A DNA stretch of 61,983 nt, the filler included. It is 6 parts of 6 records of this genome, joined end to end, with 100 filler letters (N's around TTAATTAATTAA, not from the genome) between each part and the next. Parts side by side here need not be neighbours in the genome. Positions count along the whole stretch, not along the records: positions 1 to 15,409 come from SRR20825006_2793; positions 15,510 to 22,161 come from SRR20825006_2801; 4 more parts are not named here. One strand, given 5' to 3'. The notes under the pieces were generated by a model, which was given only the letters and a program-made list of their open reading frames with translations, searched no databases and was not told the DNA's origin. Shown in pieces: positions 8,670 through 18,709 of the stretch (position 1 is its first letter; the number at the start of each line of letters is the position of its first letter). The translations under genes were made by a program, and so were the position numbers.

Positions 8670-10295
8670 TTACGTCTCGCCAATATCGAAATTTATTTCT
8701 GTCAGGGGTAGCCGCACTGTGTGCGCACCACCCGCCCCTGTAAACATCTCTTCCTGCCGGCTTTCGCACGAGCGACGAATACACATACGGCAGGTGGGAC
8801 CAACCGGCACATCCACCTGTGGATTATCAAGGCTCATGCCTTTGCCATAAACCGTTTGATCCGCATAAAGCACATCACACACCAACATCACCGATGTATA
8901 AAGCGGGCGCGATTGAAACCGATCTGCGCGCTTGGCAAATGATTTTGCCAACATCAAATAGCGCCCTCCATCGGGATAGCTCACCGTTTGCCGCACAACT
9001 TCATTTGGATGACGAAACGCGTCAAACAATGTCCAAAGTGGACAACCATGCCCCGCATTTGGCCATGCCATACCGGGCAGCGGAAAATGCTTCGACAAGC
9101 GACCAGAAGGATCGGCACGAAGAAAGCCAAACGGAATGCCCTCTTCCCCGGGGCGCCGCAGCGTGACCAACCGATGGGCAACCTGCTCATAGCTGGCCGC
9201 ATATCGCTGGCTCAGATAATCAATGTCATAAGAGCTTTGCTCAGCTTCACGCAAAAAATCCTCATATGGAAAAATCAGCGCCCCTGCCAAATAAGAGCCA
9301 AGCGCCCGAATAGCCAACCGCCTTGACGCGGGTGTGCTCAACCGATCATCTTTGACCAATGCGGTGAGTTCTTCCCGCGCTTTCAACTCGCCATAAAGCC
9401 GCGCCATTTGAAACTGTCGAGTGGCCAAGGTGGCGCTGCCTTGAAACCAAAGCACCTTATCTTTCGCATCAAACCGATATTGCATCGGGAAACCTGTTTC
9501 TGATCGCGCCAACTGCGCAACCCGCTTGATCTCAATGCCAAATTCACCACGCAACTGCGCCACCAAATCCGCCTCAACCACGCTGCCGCGTTGCGAAAAC
9601 CCTTCGCGCAATTGCGCCGCCTTGTCTTCAAGCGAAGGAAAATAATTCTTCTGCTCAACGATCAAATCATCCAGCTCGCGCGCAGGCGTAAGCGAACGGT
9701 TACGACCCGCCTCACCCTCAAATTGATCAATCAAGGTCTGCGCCACATCAGAAAGGGCACGACTTTCCCGCGAGACCATGGAATGAAAGCGCTGCTGCTC
9801 TTCAGCTTCCAAATCTGGCACATCTGTCAAAATCTCCGCAGACGACCGCACCGCGGTAATCTGAGACAACATTTGGTGCAAAAGGTCCGCTAAAAGCGGA
9901 TCAGATTTAAGCCGATTTGAATAGGCTTCTGCCTCCGCCACCGCGTCAGCATATGCCTGATAAGTTTGGTGAAGCGCACGCGCTGCCCGCGGATTGGTCG
10001 CCACCAACTCCCGAGCTTCAGCCGCCCCCATTTTGAGCGATTCTAATGCTGGATCGGAGAAGATTTCTTCAAGCGCACTGAGCAATCTTTGCTCATTTTC
10101 CCCTGTCAATTCATCCAGCGCCACATTCAATTTTTGTGCAATCGCCTGCAAAAGCGAGCCACCAACATCACGTTTATTGGCTTCAATCAGATTGAGATAG
10201 CTTGGCGAAATGCCCACCAATTTCGCAAAATTACTCTGCGAGTATCCCAAGGATTTCCGCTGGTTACGGATTTTCAGACCGATTGGCGCCCGCAT
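8670..10295 (-). CDS. ScfR/RamB-family regulator with inserted HisKA(DHp)-like segment
   Basis: XRE HTH (GISPSYLNLIEANKR), EQVAHRLVTLRRP, GCPLW and CRMCIRRSC. It is 70 aa longer than the paralogue at 46-1461, largely because of a DHp-like insert. Confidence 0.85.
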   Translation of the reverse strand: MRAPIGLKIRNQRKSLGYSQSNFAKLVGISPSYLNLIEANKRDVGGSLLQAIAQKLNVALDELTGENEQRLLSALEEIFSDPALESLKMGAAEARELVATNPRAARALHQTYQAYADAVAEAEAYSNRLKSDPLLADLLHQMLSQITAVRSSAEILTDVPDLEAEEQQRFHSMVSRESRALSDVAQTLIDQFEGEAGRNRSLTPARELDDLIVEQKNYFPSLEDKAAQLREGFSQRGSVVEADLVAQLRGEFGIEIKRVAQLARSETGFPMQYRFDAKDKVLWFQGSATLATRQFQMARLYGELKAREELTALVKDDRLSTPASRRLAIRALGSYLAGALIFPYEDFLREAEQSSYDIDYLSQRYAASYEQVAHRLVTLRRPGEEGIPFGFLRADPSGRLSKHFPLPGMAWPNAGHGCPLWTLFDAFRHPNEVVRQTVSYPDGGRYLMLAKSFAKRADRFQSRPLYTSVMLVCDVLYADQTVYGKGMSLDNPQVDVPVGPTCRMCIRRSCESRQEEMFTGAGGAHTVRLPLTEINFDIGET

Positions 10296-10319
10296 TTTTC
10301 ATGCCCTCAAACCACACGG

Positions 10320-10390
10320 CTTGTAAAATAATTTACAAGCATTTGTAAAAATATGTACACGATTTTACAAAATTTTCCTTATATTACAAG
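10320..10390. promoter_or_regulatory. Cluster of TTGTAAA/TTTACAA sites in the divergent promoter (probable ScfR operator array)
   Basis: Perfect CTTGTAAA-N4-TTTACAAG (10320-10339), TTTGTAAAA-N12-TTTTACAAA (10342-10371) and ATTACAAG (10383-10390). Confidence 0.7.
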
Positions 10391-10491
10391 CATCTATTGA
10401 AAAGTTTTCAAAACTACCTCTTAATTTAGCACGATGCAGCGCATGGGAGTTCATTTTATGGAAGCGCGCATCAATTCAAAGGAGGAGAATA

Positions 10492-11841
10492 ATGACTGAA
10501 CGCAATGATGGCCCTTCACGCCGTCGAGTTCTTAAGGGCGCAGCAGCTGGTCTTGTGACAGCTGGTATTGCCCCGACAATCATCACCAGCCGCGCCTATG
10601 GCCAGGAATATCGCAACAAACCAAGCGGTGACACAGTTACCCTTGGCTTCAACGTGCCTCAAACCGGCCCATATGCCGATGAAGGCGCGGACGAGTTGCG
10701 CGCTTACGAACTCGCTGTTGAACATTTGAATGGCGAAGGCGACGGCGGCATGCTGAACACCATGCAGCCATCTAACCTTAAAGGGAACGGCATTTTGGGC
10801 AAGAAAGTTGCCTATGTGACCGGTGACACCCAAACAAAATCTGATGCTGCGCGTGCTTCTGCCAAGCGGATGATTGAAAAAGATGGCGCACTGATGATCA
10901 CTGGCGGTTCATCATCTGGCGTTGCGGTTGCGGTGCAAGGCCTTTGCCAAGAGATGGGCACCATCTTCATGGCCGGCTTGACCCACTCAAACGACACCAC
11001 AGGTAAAGATAAGCGGCGCTATGGTTTCCGCCACTTCTTTAACGCTTACATGTCTGGTGCTGCTTTGGGCCCTGTTCTGGCCGACGAATATGGCACAGAA
11101 CGCCGCGCATATCACCTAACAGCCGACTATAACTGGGGCTGGACGCAAGAAGAATCCATGAAAAACGCCACTGAGGCATTGGGTTGGGAAACAGTGAACA
11201 CTGTTAAAACCCCTGTGGGCGCTGGTGACTTCTCTCAATATATCACCCCTGTGTTGAACTCAGGCGCTGATGTATTGATCCTGAACCACTATGGCCGTGA
11301 CATGGTGAACTCTTTGACCCAGGCTGTTCAGTTCGGCCTGCGCGATAAGCAAGTGAACGGCAAAGATTTCCAAATTGTTGTGCCGCTCTTCTCACGCTTG
11401 ATGGCGCAAGGTGCTGGCGACAACATTAAAGGCATTTTGGGTTCAACCAACTGGAACTGGTCTTTGCAAGATGCTGGTTCACAAGCCTTTGTGAAATCAT
11501 TTGGTGCAAAATACGGCTTCCCACCATCAATGGCGGCGCACACTTGCTATGTGCAAGCGCTTCTTTACGCCGATGCATGTGAGCGGGCAGGAACATTCTA
11601 CCCACCAGATGTGATCCGTGCGCTTGAAGGCCACAAATTTGATGGCATGGGCAATGGCCCAACTGAATATCGTGCAGAAGATCACCAATGCTTCAAAGAC
11701 GTGTTGGTTGTGCGCGGTAACGAAAACCCAACATCTCAATTCGACTTGCTCAATGTGGTGCAACAAGTGCCGCGTTCACAGGTTGAATATGATGCCTCCA
11801 TCTTCGGTGGCGAGTTGGGGCCATACGAAGTCTCCATGTAA
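10492..11841 (+). CDS. ABC transporter substrate-binding protein (LivK/Peripla_BP_6 type), Tat-exported
   Basis: Tat motif SRRRVLK; PQTGPYA, ITGGSSSG and ADYNWG motifs; GGAGGAG RBS. Confidence 0.9.
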   Translation: MTERNDGPSRRRVLKGAAAGLVTAGIAPTIITSRAYGQEYRNKPSGDTVTLGFNVPQTGPYADEGADELRAYELAVEHLNGEGDGGMLNTMQPSNLKGNGILGKKVAYVTGDTQTKSDAARASAKRMIEKDGALMITGGSSSGVAVAVQGLCQEMGTIFMAGLTHSNDTTGKDKRRYGFRHFFNAYMSGAALGPVLADEYGTERRAYHLTADYNWGWTQEESMKNATEALGWETVNTVKTPVGAGDFSQYITPVLNSGADVLILNHYGRDMVNSLTQAVQFGLRDKQVNGKDFQIVVPLFSRLMAQGAGDNIKGILGSTNWNWSLQDAGSQAFVKSFGAKYGFPPSMAAHTCYVQALLYADACERAGTFYPPDVIRALEGHKFDGMGNGPTEYRAEDHQCFKDVLVVRGNENPTSQFDLLNVVQQVPRSQVEYDASIFGGELGPYEVSM

Positions 11842-11858
11842 TCTTGGACTTTTGGTTT

Positions 11859-11883
11859 GTCGGGGCGGCAGCGCTGCCCCGGC
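11859..11883 (+). terminator. Intra-operon hairpin after the substrate-binding gene
   Basis: GTCGGGGCGGC-agc-GCTGCCCCGGC stem. Confidence 0.5.
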
Positions 11884-11916
11884 CTTTAGATTTTGCCGGT
11901 GGGGGGAGTTAACCAC

Positions 11917-12945
11917 ATGGATGCGATATTACTGCAATTGTTAAACGGGCTGGATAAGGGCGGCGCCTATGCGCTGATCGCCTTGGGCCTGACACTGGTT
12001 TTCGGCACTTTGGGCGTGGTCAACTTTGCCCATGGTGCTTTGTTTATGCTCGGCGCTTTTTGTGCGGTCACCCTGCGCAAATTGCTGACCTTGGAGCAAG
12101 TTGTTTTAGACACAGAAAATTTGACCGCTTGGGGCACCCCCACTGAAATTCGCACCCCCTATGTGGAAGCATGGTTTGGCGATTTTGGCGCCGTTTTGGT
12201 CAATTATTCTGTGCCGCTCGCCATTCTCTTGGCCATCCCCGTTATGCTTGCCGTTGGCGTGGCCATGGAACGCGGCTTGATCAAACATTTTTATCGCCGT
12301 CCCCACGCAGAACAGATTTTGGTGACCTTCGGTCTGGCCATTGTTTTGCAGGAAATCATCAAACATTTCTTTGGCGCGAACCCTATTCCGCAGCCAATGC
12401 CTGAAAACTTCTCTGGTGCGGCTGACATCGGCGTGATGCTCGGCATGGACCCGAATGTGATCGTTTACCCATGGTGGCGCCTTGTTTACTTCGCTTTCTC
12501 CGTAATCGTGATCGGCGCAGTATTTGCCTTCTTGCAATTCACCACCTTCGGCATGGTTGTGCGCGCTGGCATGGCGGACCGAGAAACCGTTGGCCTGATT
12601 GGCATCGATATCGACAAGCGCTTCACCGCAATGTTCGGGCTTGCCGCCGTGGTCGCTGGCGTCGCAGGCGTCATGTATACGCCGCTGTTGCCGCCTGATT
12701 ATCACCTTGGCATGGACTTCCTTGTGCTCACCTTCGTCGTGGTTGTTGTGGGCGGCATGGGCTCTTTGCCCGGCGCGGTTGCCGCAGGCTTCCTGCTCGG
12801 TATTTTGCAAAGCTTCGCCTCAATGACTGAAGTGAAAGCCATTATTCCAGGCATCGACCAAATCATCATCTATCTTGTTGCCGTGATCATTTTGCTGGTG
12901 CGTCCTCGCGGGCTTATGGGCCGCAAAGGCGTGATGGAAAGCTAA
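11917..12945 (+). CDS. Branched-chain amino acid-type ABC permease (LivH-like)
   Basis: YALIALGLTLVFG, VNFAHG and VVGGMGS motifs. Confidence 0.92.
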   Translation: MDAILLQLLNGLDKGGAYALIALGLTLVFGTLGVVNFAHGALFMLGAFCAVTLRKLLTLEQVVLDTENLTAWGTPTEIRTPYVEAWFGDFGAVLVNYSVPLAILLAIPVMLAVGVAMERGLIKHFYRRPHAEQILVTFGLAIVLQEIIKHFFGANPIPQPMPENFSGAADIGVMLGMDPNVIVYPWWRLVYFAFSVIVIGAVFAFLQFTTFGMVVRAGMADRETVGLIGIDIDKRFTAMFGLAAVVAGVAGVMYTPLLPPDYHLGMDFLVLTFVVVVVGGMGSLPGAVAAGFLLGILQSFASMTEVKAIIPGIDQIIIYLVAVIILLVRPRGLMGRKGVMES

Positions 12946-12957
12946 GGGAGAACAACA

Positions 12958-14121
12958 ATGAACCTTCAAGGCATCTTTTCCATGTCACGCAAAGATTTGA
13001 CCACACTGGTGATCTTTTCAATCGTTGTGTTGGCACTACCCATCTGGCTGCAACCGTTTGGTGCAGCCTATCCCGACCTGATGCAGCGCTTTGCCATCTT
13101 CGGCATTTTGGCCATCGGCTTCAACATTCTGTTCGGCCTGACAGGATATCTCAGCTTTGGCCACGCAGCGTTTCTAGGCGTTGGCTCTTATACCGCGGTT
13201 TGGACATTTAAACTGTTCTCGATGAACCCAATCCCAGCGCTGTTTTTCGCTGTGATCATGTCTGGCCTCTTCGCCTTCATCATCGGTTTTGTGAGCTTGC
13301 GCCGCTCAGGCATCTACTTCTCGATCCTGACGCTCGCCTTCGCGCAAATGTCGTACAATCTGGCTTATTCCGTGTTGACCCCAATCACCAATGGTGAAAC
13401 AGGCTTGCAACTGGAATCCAGCGATCCACGCATCATCGACAGTATGTTTGTGGGTGAACAAGCTGGCCTGCCCGTTTCCAACTTCTTCGGTTTGGAAATG
13501 TCAGGCATCCCCGGCTTTTACTTCTGCGCGATCTTCTTGATCATCGGGTTCTTCATTACCCAACGCATCTTTGCCTCACCATTCGGCATGATGCTGCGTG
13601 GCATCAAATCCAACCAAACCCGGATGAACTATACCGGCTTCAACACACGGCCCTATACGCTGACCGCCTTTGTGATCTCTGGCATGTATGCTGGCTTAGC
13701 TGGTGGTTTGATGGCTGTAACCGACCCATTGGCAGGCGCTGAGCGTATGCAATGGACAGCTTCAGGTGAAATCGTGTTGATGACCATCCTTGGCGGTGTG
13801 GGCACCCTGTTGGGCCCGATTGTTGGCGCATGGTTGATCAAATATTTCGAAAACATCTTCTCAAGCTTCAACGAGAACGTTTTGCACAATCTCTTTGGCT
13901 TCCTGCCTGATGGCGTTGAAAGCGTTGTGGTGGAAATCACCTCAATGTTTGTTGGCGAAGGCTGGCACCTCACCCTTGGCTTGGTGTTCGTGCTTGTCGT
14001 GACCTTCTTGCCCGGCGGCATCATGGAAGGCTATCGCCGGATCACTGCAATGTTCACTGGCGGCGGCGGAGATGGCAAAAAAGCCAACGCCGACGACAAG
14101 CAAACACAACCAGCCGAATAG
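12958..14121 (+). CDS. Branched-chain amino acid-type ABC permease (LivM-like)
   Basis: [24 protein letters not shown] and [11 protein letters not shown] motifs. Confidence 0.92.
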   Translation: MNLQGIFSMSRKDLTTLVIFSIVVLALPIWLQPFGAAYPDLMQRFAIFGILAIGFNILFGLTGYLSFGHAAFLGVGSYTAVWTFKLFSMNPIPALFFAVIMSGLFAFIIGFVSLRRSGIYFSILTLAFAQMSYNLAYSVLTPITNGETGLQLESSDPRIIDSMFVGEQAGLPVSNFFGLEMSGIPGFYFCAIFLIIGFFITQRIFASPFGMMLRGIKSNQTRMNYTGFNTRPYTLTAFVISGMYAGLAGGLMAVTDPLAGAERMQWTASGEIVLMTILGGVGTLLGPIVGAWLIKYFENIFSSFNENVLHNLFGFLPDGVESVVVEITSMFVGEGWHLTLGLVFVLVVTFLPGGIMEGYRRITAMFTGGGGDGKKANADDKQTQPAE

Positions 14122-14138
14122 CTAAAGGAGCACATATT

Positions 14139-14909
14139 ATGACGACCGCTAACGAAAATGTCGTTCTTCACGTTGCCGATGTGCACAAAACCTTTGGCGG
14201 GTTGCACGCACTGAGCGACATTGACCTTCAAATCGAAGAAGGCAAAACCCACGCCATCATCGGCCCCAACGGCGCCGGCAAATCCACTCTCCTAAACGTT
14301 GTGGTGGGCCGCTTGGCCCCCACACGTGGCGCGGTGGTATTTGATGGCCAAGTGCTGACAGGAAAGCAGCCACACGAAATCAACCAGGTTGGCGTGGCCC
14401 GCGTGTTCCAAACACCGGAAATTTTCCCCGAGCTTTCCGTGCTGCAAAATGTGATGGCACCTGCTTTCGCAAAGCGTGACGGCGCGTTCAAGCTGAACTT
14501 CTTGTCATCATTGGCAGACGAAAAGCAAATCCGCGAAGAGGCGGAGCATATGCTGGAAGATATCGGCCTGATCCACCAAAAAGACATGCATGCTGGCTCC
14601 CTTTCCCGCGGCGATAAACGCCGTATGGAACTGGCCATGTGCTTGATGCAGCATCCAAAGCTTTTACTGCTGGACGAGCCAACCGCTGGCATGTCTCGCC
14701 ACGACACAAACACCACCATTGAGCTTTTGAAAAAGATCAAAGAGCGCGGCATGACCAAGGTGATCATTGAGCACGACATGCATGTGGTGTTCTCGCTGGC
14801 CGATAAAATCTCGGTGCTTGCAGGTGGGCGCATTATCGCCGAAGGTACGCCTGAGGAAGTGCGCAACAATCCAAAAGTGCAAGAAGCATATTTGGGAGGA
14901 GCACACTAA
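14139..14909 (+). CDS. ABC ATP-binding protein (LivG-like)
   Basis: GPNGAGKS, LLLDEP, IEHDM and C-terminal VQEAYLG. Confidence 0.93.
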   Translation: MTTANENVVLHVADVHKTFGGLHALSDIDLQIEEGKTHAIIGPNGAGKSTLLNVVVGRLAPTRGAVVFDGQVLTGKQPHEINQVGVARVFQTPEIFPELSVLQNVMAPAFAKRDGAFKLNFLSSLADEKQIREEAEHMLEDIGLIHQKDMHAGSLSRGDKRRMELAMCLMQHPKLLLLDEPTAGMSRHDTNTTIELLKKIKERGMTKVIIEHDMHVVFSLADKISVLAGGRIIAEGTPEEVRNNPKVQEAYLGGAH

Positions 14910-15409
14910 TGAATGCAATGACAACGGAAAGCAATATGATGAGCGATGCACAACCAAAACAAAAAGAGGCACAGCCTTTTCTGTCGGTAAAGGATGTGCA
15001 CGCCTATTACGGTGAAAGCTATATCGTGCAAGGCGTGAGCCTTGAATTGCCTCATGGTGAGATTCTAGCTTTGCTGGGCCGCAACGGCGCGGGCAAAACC
15101 TCTACCCTGCGCACGTTAGCGCGGGTGGACGACCCACAACTGACCCAAGGTGAAATTTGGCTGGATGGCCAACCCCTGCACAAAATGCGCGCCCACGAGG
15201 CGGCGCAAGCAGGCTTGCAATTGGTGCCGGAAGATCGTCGCATCATTCAAGGCCTAACCGTGGAAGAAAACCTGACCCTTGCCCAAGTGGCACCGGGCCA
15301 TGGATGGACCATCGAACAAGTTTATGAGCGTTTCCCACGCCTCGCTGAGCGCCGCAACCAGGAAGGCGTGACCCTTTCTGGCGGTGAACAGCAAATGCTG
15401 GCCATTGGC
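14909..15409 (+). CDS. ABC ATP-binding protein (LivF-like), truncated at contig end
   Basis: GRNGAGKT, VPEDRRI and LSGGEQQML. Confidence 0.9.
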
Positions 15410-15509
15410 NNNNNNNNNNNNNNNNNNNNNNNNNNNNNNNNNNNNNNNNNNNNTTAATTAATTAANNNNNNNNNNNNNNNNNNNNNNNNNNNNNNNNNNN
15501 NNNNNNNNN
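15410..15509. other. Artificial contig spacer (N-run with TTAATTAATTAA)
   Basis: 100 nt of N with a six-frame stop linker; genes on both sides are truncated. Confidence 0.98.
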
Positions 15510-16127
15510 GGCACCAAGGAAATCAATCGCGACAACTGGAACTGGGACGAGGTTGATAACAATCCGTTCTTCTGCCCCGATGCAGCCGCTGTTCCGGTGT
15601 TCGAGGAATATCTTGATGGTCTGCGCAAGGACGGATCATCGGTCGGTGCAGTAATAGAAGTTGTCTGTTCGGGCGTTCCGGTCGGGCTGGGTGACCCGGT
15701 CTATGACAAACTTGATGCTGATCTGGCCAAAGCGATGATGACAATCAACGCAGTCAAGGGTGTTGAAATTGGCAACGGGTTTGAGGCCGCCGAACTGACC
15801 GGCATCGAAAATGCCGATGAAATGCGCATGGGCGAAGATGGCAAGCCGGTCTTTGGCTCCAACCATGCAGGCGGCATTCTGGGCGGGATTTCATCCGGGC
15901 AGGATGTTGTTTTGCGCTTTGCCGTCAAACCGACCAGCTCGATCCTGACACCGCGCAAAAGTGTTGATATTTACGGCAAGGATGTCGATGTCGTCACCAA
16001 GGGCCGCCATGATCCGTGTGTTGGCATTCGTGCCGTTCCGGTTGGCGAGGCCATGGCAGCCATCGTTCTGGCTGATCATCTGTTGCGCCATCGCGGCCAG
16101 TGTGATGGCTGGAACAGCAACAAGTAA
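15510..16127 (+). CDS. aroC: Chorismate synthase, C-terminal part (5' truncated)
   Basis: [32 protein letters not shown] and GRHDPCVG motifs; frame open from the contig edge. Confidence 0.96.
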   Translation, partial: GTKEINRDNWNWDEVDNNPFFCPDAAAVPVFEEYLDGLRKDGSSVGAVIEVVCSGVPVGLGDPVYDKLDADLAKAMMTINAVKGVEIGNGFEAAELTGIENADEMRMGEDGKPVFGSNHAGGILGGISSGQDVVLRFAVKPTSSILTPRKSVDIYGKDVDVVTKGRHDPCVGIRAVPVGEAMAAIVLADHLLRHRGQCDGWNSNK

Positions 16128-16199
16128 TCAACAACTAATTCCTGCGTGAAATCGCACAAATAGTCTGTCACAAGCAGCCTGTTGCACCGTCATCGGTGT

Positions 16200-17423
16200 A
16201 TGAACCCGACATTGTACAAAGCCCTGATTCTGCTTGCATCCGCGAACAAACCGGCCCCGGCCTCCAAGGCAGCCGGTCGGGATGCTGGCTTGGGCAATAG
16301 AACAGTTCTTTATCCTGATGAGCCGGTCGATCTGCCCGATTGGGGCATTGCGGCCCTGCCCGCCATGATCCTTGGCGCGGCGCCGCAAAGCTGCCTTTTC
16401 GTCAGCGATCTGACCATCGAGCAACCCGAAGGCGACGGCGATAGCAACGCCGGTTCCTCTGATGACGAAAAAGACGAAAGCGTGGGCAGCGTTTCCTTCT
16501 CGCTCACGGTCGACAGTGCCCCTGATCCAACCGCCAAAATCACTCAACGCCAGATCACCTGGCGATTGGCGATGCCGGTGACCGCCTTCCGACAGGTTAC
16601 CACCAACGCCAACAGCACACCGGTGCGTGCGCCTGTAATCAGAACGAAACTGGTCCTGCGCGACGTCGTCTGTGATGTCGAGCTTGGCCTGCTTGAAATG
16701 GCGGGCATCACCCAGCCGCTTCTGGTCGGACGCGATATTCTGTCCAATCGCTTCCTGATCCGCCCGGATCACGATAAGACATCATCAAACCCACCCTCAC
16801 CCTCGGCAACGCTTGCCCCGACGCCCGAGGACAAACCTGCCGAAACGGCGTCTTCTGCGCCATTGGCATCAGATACAGGCACCAGCAACCAACAATCCGC
16901 TGCAACCACGCCAGACATGCCGTCGAGCACGACCGATACTGGCAATGCGACACCAACCGCAGCCGATGCCCGCCCAAAAGCCCCTGCACCTTCTGCAACA
17001 GGCGACAGCACCAATACGGTAACGGATAGCGGCACCAACAGTTCGGCCACACAGCCTGCCGGTCAAACCGGTGCGGACGCAGGAAGCACGTCCGTCTCAT
17101 CTGCAGCAGGTTCGATACCAACAGATGACACAACGGCATCTTCTAAGCCCGACGCCACCACTGGCACACTTGCCGATACCACGGCGGCAGAGTCTCCAAC
17201 GGGCAGTAATGCGCCAGCGCCAACCGAAAACGGAACAGAAGCCGCAGCCACAGCGATAACTGCGCCCAAAAATGACGCTGCAACCGATGACAGCAAAGCC
17301 GACGATAACAGCCAGGACCCTGCCACAACTTCAACGGCAACCGTTAACGATGACGCATCCTCAATATCTGGGGCCCAGAATGAAGATGATGAATCCACAT
17401 CATCGCCGCCTCCGGCAACCTAG
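16200..17423 (+). CDS. RimK-associated (ATP-dependent Zn protease/retropepsin-like) domain, degenerate, with long T/S/A/D-rich tail
   Basis: Resembles the family at EPVDLPDWGI, RAPVIRTKLVL and PLLVGRDILSNRFLIRP but has no DTG motif; about 210-aa low-complexity C-terminus. Start uncertain. Confidence 0.5.
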   Translation: MNPTLYKALILLASANKPAPASKAAGRDAGLGNRTVLYPDEPVDLPDWGIAALPAMILGAAPQSCLFVSDLTIEQPEGDGDSNAGSSDDEKDESVGSVSFSLTVDSAPDPTAKITQRQITWRLAMPVTAFRQVTTNANSTPVRAPVIRTKLVLRDVVCDVELGLLEMAGITQPLLVGRDILSNRFLIRPDHDKTSSNPPSPSATLAPTPEDKPAETASSAPLASDTGTSNQQSAATTPDMPSSTTDTGNATPTAADARPKAPAPSATGDSTNTVTDSGTNSSATQPAGQTGADAGSTSVSSAAGSIPTDDTTASSKPDATTGTLADTTAAESPTGSNAPAPTENGTEAAATAITAPKNDAATDDSKADDNSQDPATTSTATVNDDASSISGAQNEDDESTSSPPPAT

Positions 17424-17543
17424 CGTTCAGGATTTTACCGGTGCTTTAAGCCCGGCTCGACGATTCCACAATCCCCGACAGCGCCAAACTGGACCGTCAC
17501 ATTGACGGTCCTTTTTTGCTTGTGTCATGGCCTATCGATTGTT

Positions 17544-17563
17544 AAAGTTAACAAAGTTAACAT
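17544..17563. promoter_or_regulatory. Probable TetR operator GTTAAC-AAA-GTTAAC
   Basis: Palindromic and tandem AAAGTTAAC x2, about 25 nt before the TetR ATG. Confidence 0.55.
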
Positions 17564-17585
17564 AAGAAAATCGAGATACGAGTTT

Positions 17586-18191
17586 ATGGGGAAATACCAC
17601 CACGGCGACGTCCGTAATGTCCTTCTACAGCAAGCTGAAAACATCCTGACCGAAGAAGGCCCAAGTGGCCTGTCGTTGCGACGTCTGGCGCGGCTTACCG
17701 GTGTTTCGGAAGCAGCGCCCTATCGCCATTTTGACGGTAAGGATGGCATTTTGGCGGCAGTAGCGATTGATGCATTTGAACGCTTTGCCGAACGGCTTGA
17801 AAATGTTGCTGCAAATATCAAAAAACACGAAGAGCGCATCATGGCGCTTGGTGCGGCCTATGTGCATTTCGCAGTCGATTTCCCGCAACATTTCCGCCTG
17901 ATCTTTGGCCGGGAACGCCCGCCATTGGATCAATATCCCGAACTTCGCGAAGCAGCCGATAATGCGTTTGATGTGTTGCAGCGCGCCGTTACATCGGTTG
18001 ATCGCCGTGCCGACATGACCCTGAACGAGGCGGCCACCGCCTATAACCGCGCGCTGGCCGCATGGAGCCGCGCACACGGTATCGCCATGCTGGTGATTGA
18101 CGGCATGATTGTCCCGCCTGCCGATCAGGAACTGGACGATTTTGTTCTGGGCCTGCTTGCCGAGGACCTGACCGCACCGGACAATACCTGA
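17586..18191 (+). CDS. TetR/AcrR-family regulator with WHG-type C-terminal domain
   Basis: YHHGDVR, LSLRRLARLTGVSEAAPYRHF and WSRAHG. Confidence 0.92.
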   Translation: MGKYHHGDVRNVLLQQAENILTEEGPSGLSLRRLARLTGVSEAAPYRHFDGKDGILAAVAIDAFERFAERLENVAANIKKHEERIMALGAAYVHFAVDFPQHFRLIFGRERPPLDQYPELREAADNAFDVLQRAVTSVDRRADMTLNEAATAYNRALAAWSRAHGIAMLVIDGMIVPPADQELDDFVLGLLAEDLTAPDNT

Positions 18192-18238
18192 TCTGAAATT
18201 TCCGATTCCGATATCCCAAAATTCGAAGGCTGTCCGCG

Positions 18239-18706
18239 ATGGAATATACCACCGTTAAATTCATTCACCTTCTGGGTGCCGTACTGTTTCTGGGCAATAT
18301 CATCGTTACGGCGGTATGGAAAAGCCTGGCCGACCGCACCAGAAACCCGGTGATCATCGCCTTTGCCTGCCGGTTGGTGAATGTTACCGATCTGGCCTTT
18401 ACCGCCTTTGGCGCGGCTCTGGTCGTGATTGGTGGGGTTGGTCTTTTTCATGCCGGGGGCATTTCGCTTTCCGATAGCCCGCATCTGACGATTGGCATCA
18501 GTCTGTTTGCCATGGCGGCAACCCTTTGGCTGGTCGGGCTTTTGCCCTTGCAACTATATATGTCGCGGATTGCCGCCAAGACGGTGGCGGCGGGTGAAAC
18601 CATCATGCCAGATGCCTATGATAAATGTGTAAGGCTTTGGACGATGCTCGGCATTGCAGCAACCCTGATGCCGGTTGGCACCCTTTGGTTCATGATTGCC
18701 AGATAG
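18239..18706 (+). CDS. DUF2269-like integral membrane protein
   Basis: KFIHLLGAVLFLGN N-terminus, about four TMs, ends WFMIAR. Confidence 0.8.
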   Translation: MEYTTVKFIHLLGAVLFLGNIIVTAVWKSLADRTRNPVIIAFACRLVNVTDLAFTAFGAALVVIGGVGLFHAGGISLSDSPHLTIGISLFAMAATLWLVGLLPLQLYMSRIAAKTVAAGETIMPDAYDKCVRLWTMLGIAATLMPVGTLWFMIAR

Positions 18707-18709
18707 TCC

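Noticed and set aside
15454-15465. Recurring TTAATTAATTAA palindrome within N-runs
   Set aside because: Artificial six-frame stop linker, not a biological repeat or CRISPR.
16790-17423. Possible tandem repeat array in the T/S/A-rich tail
   Set aside because: Compositional bias only; no regular repeat unit visible at DNA level.
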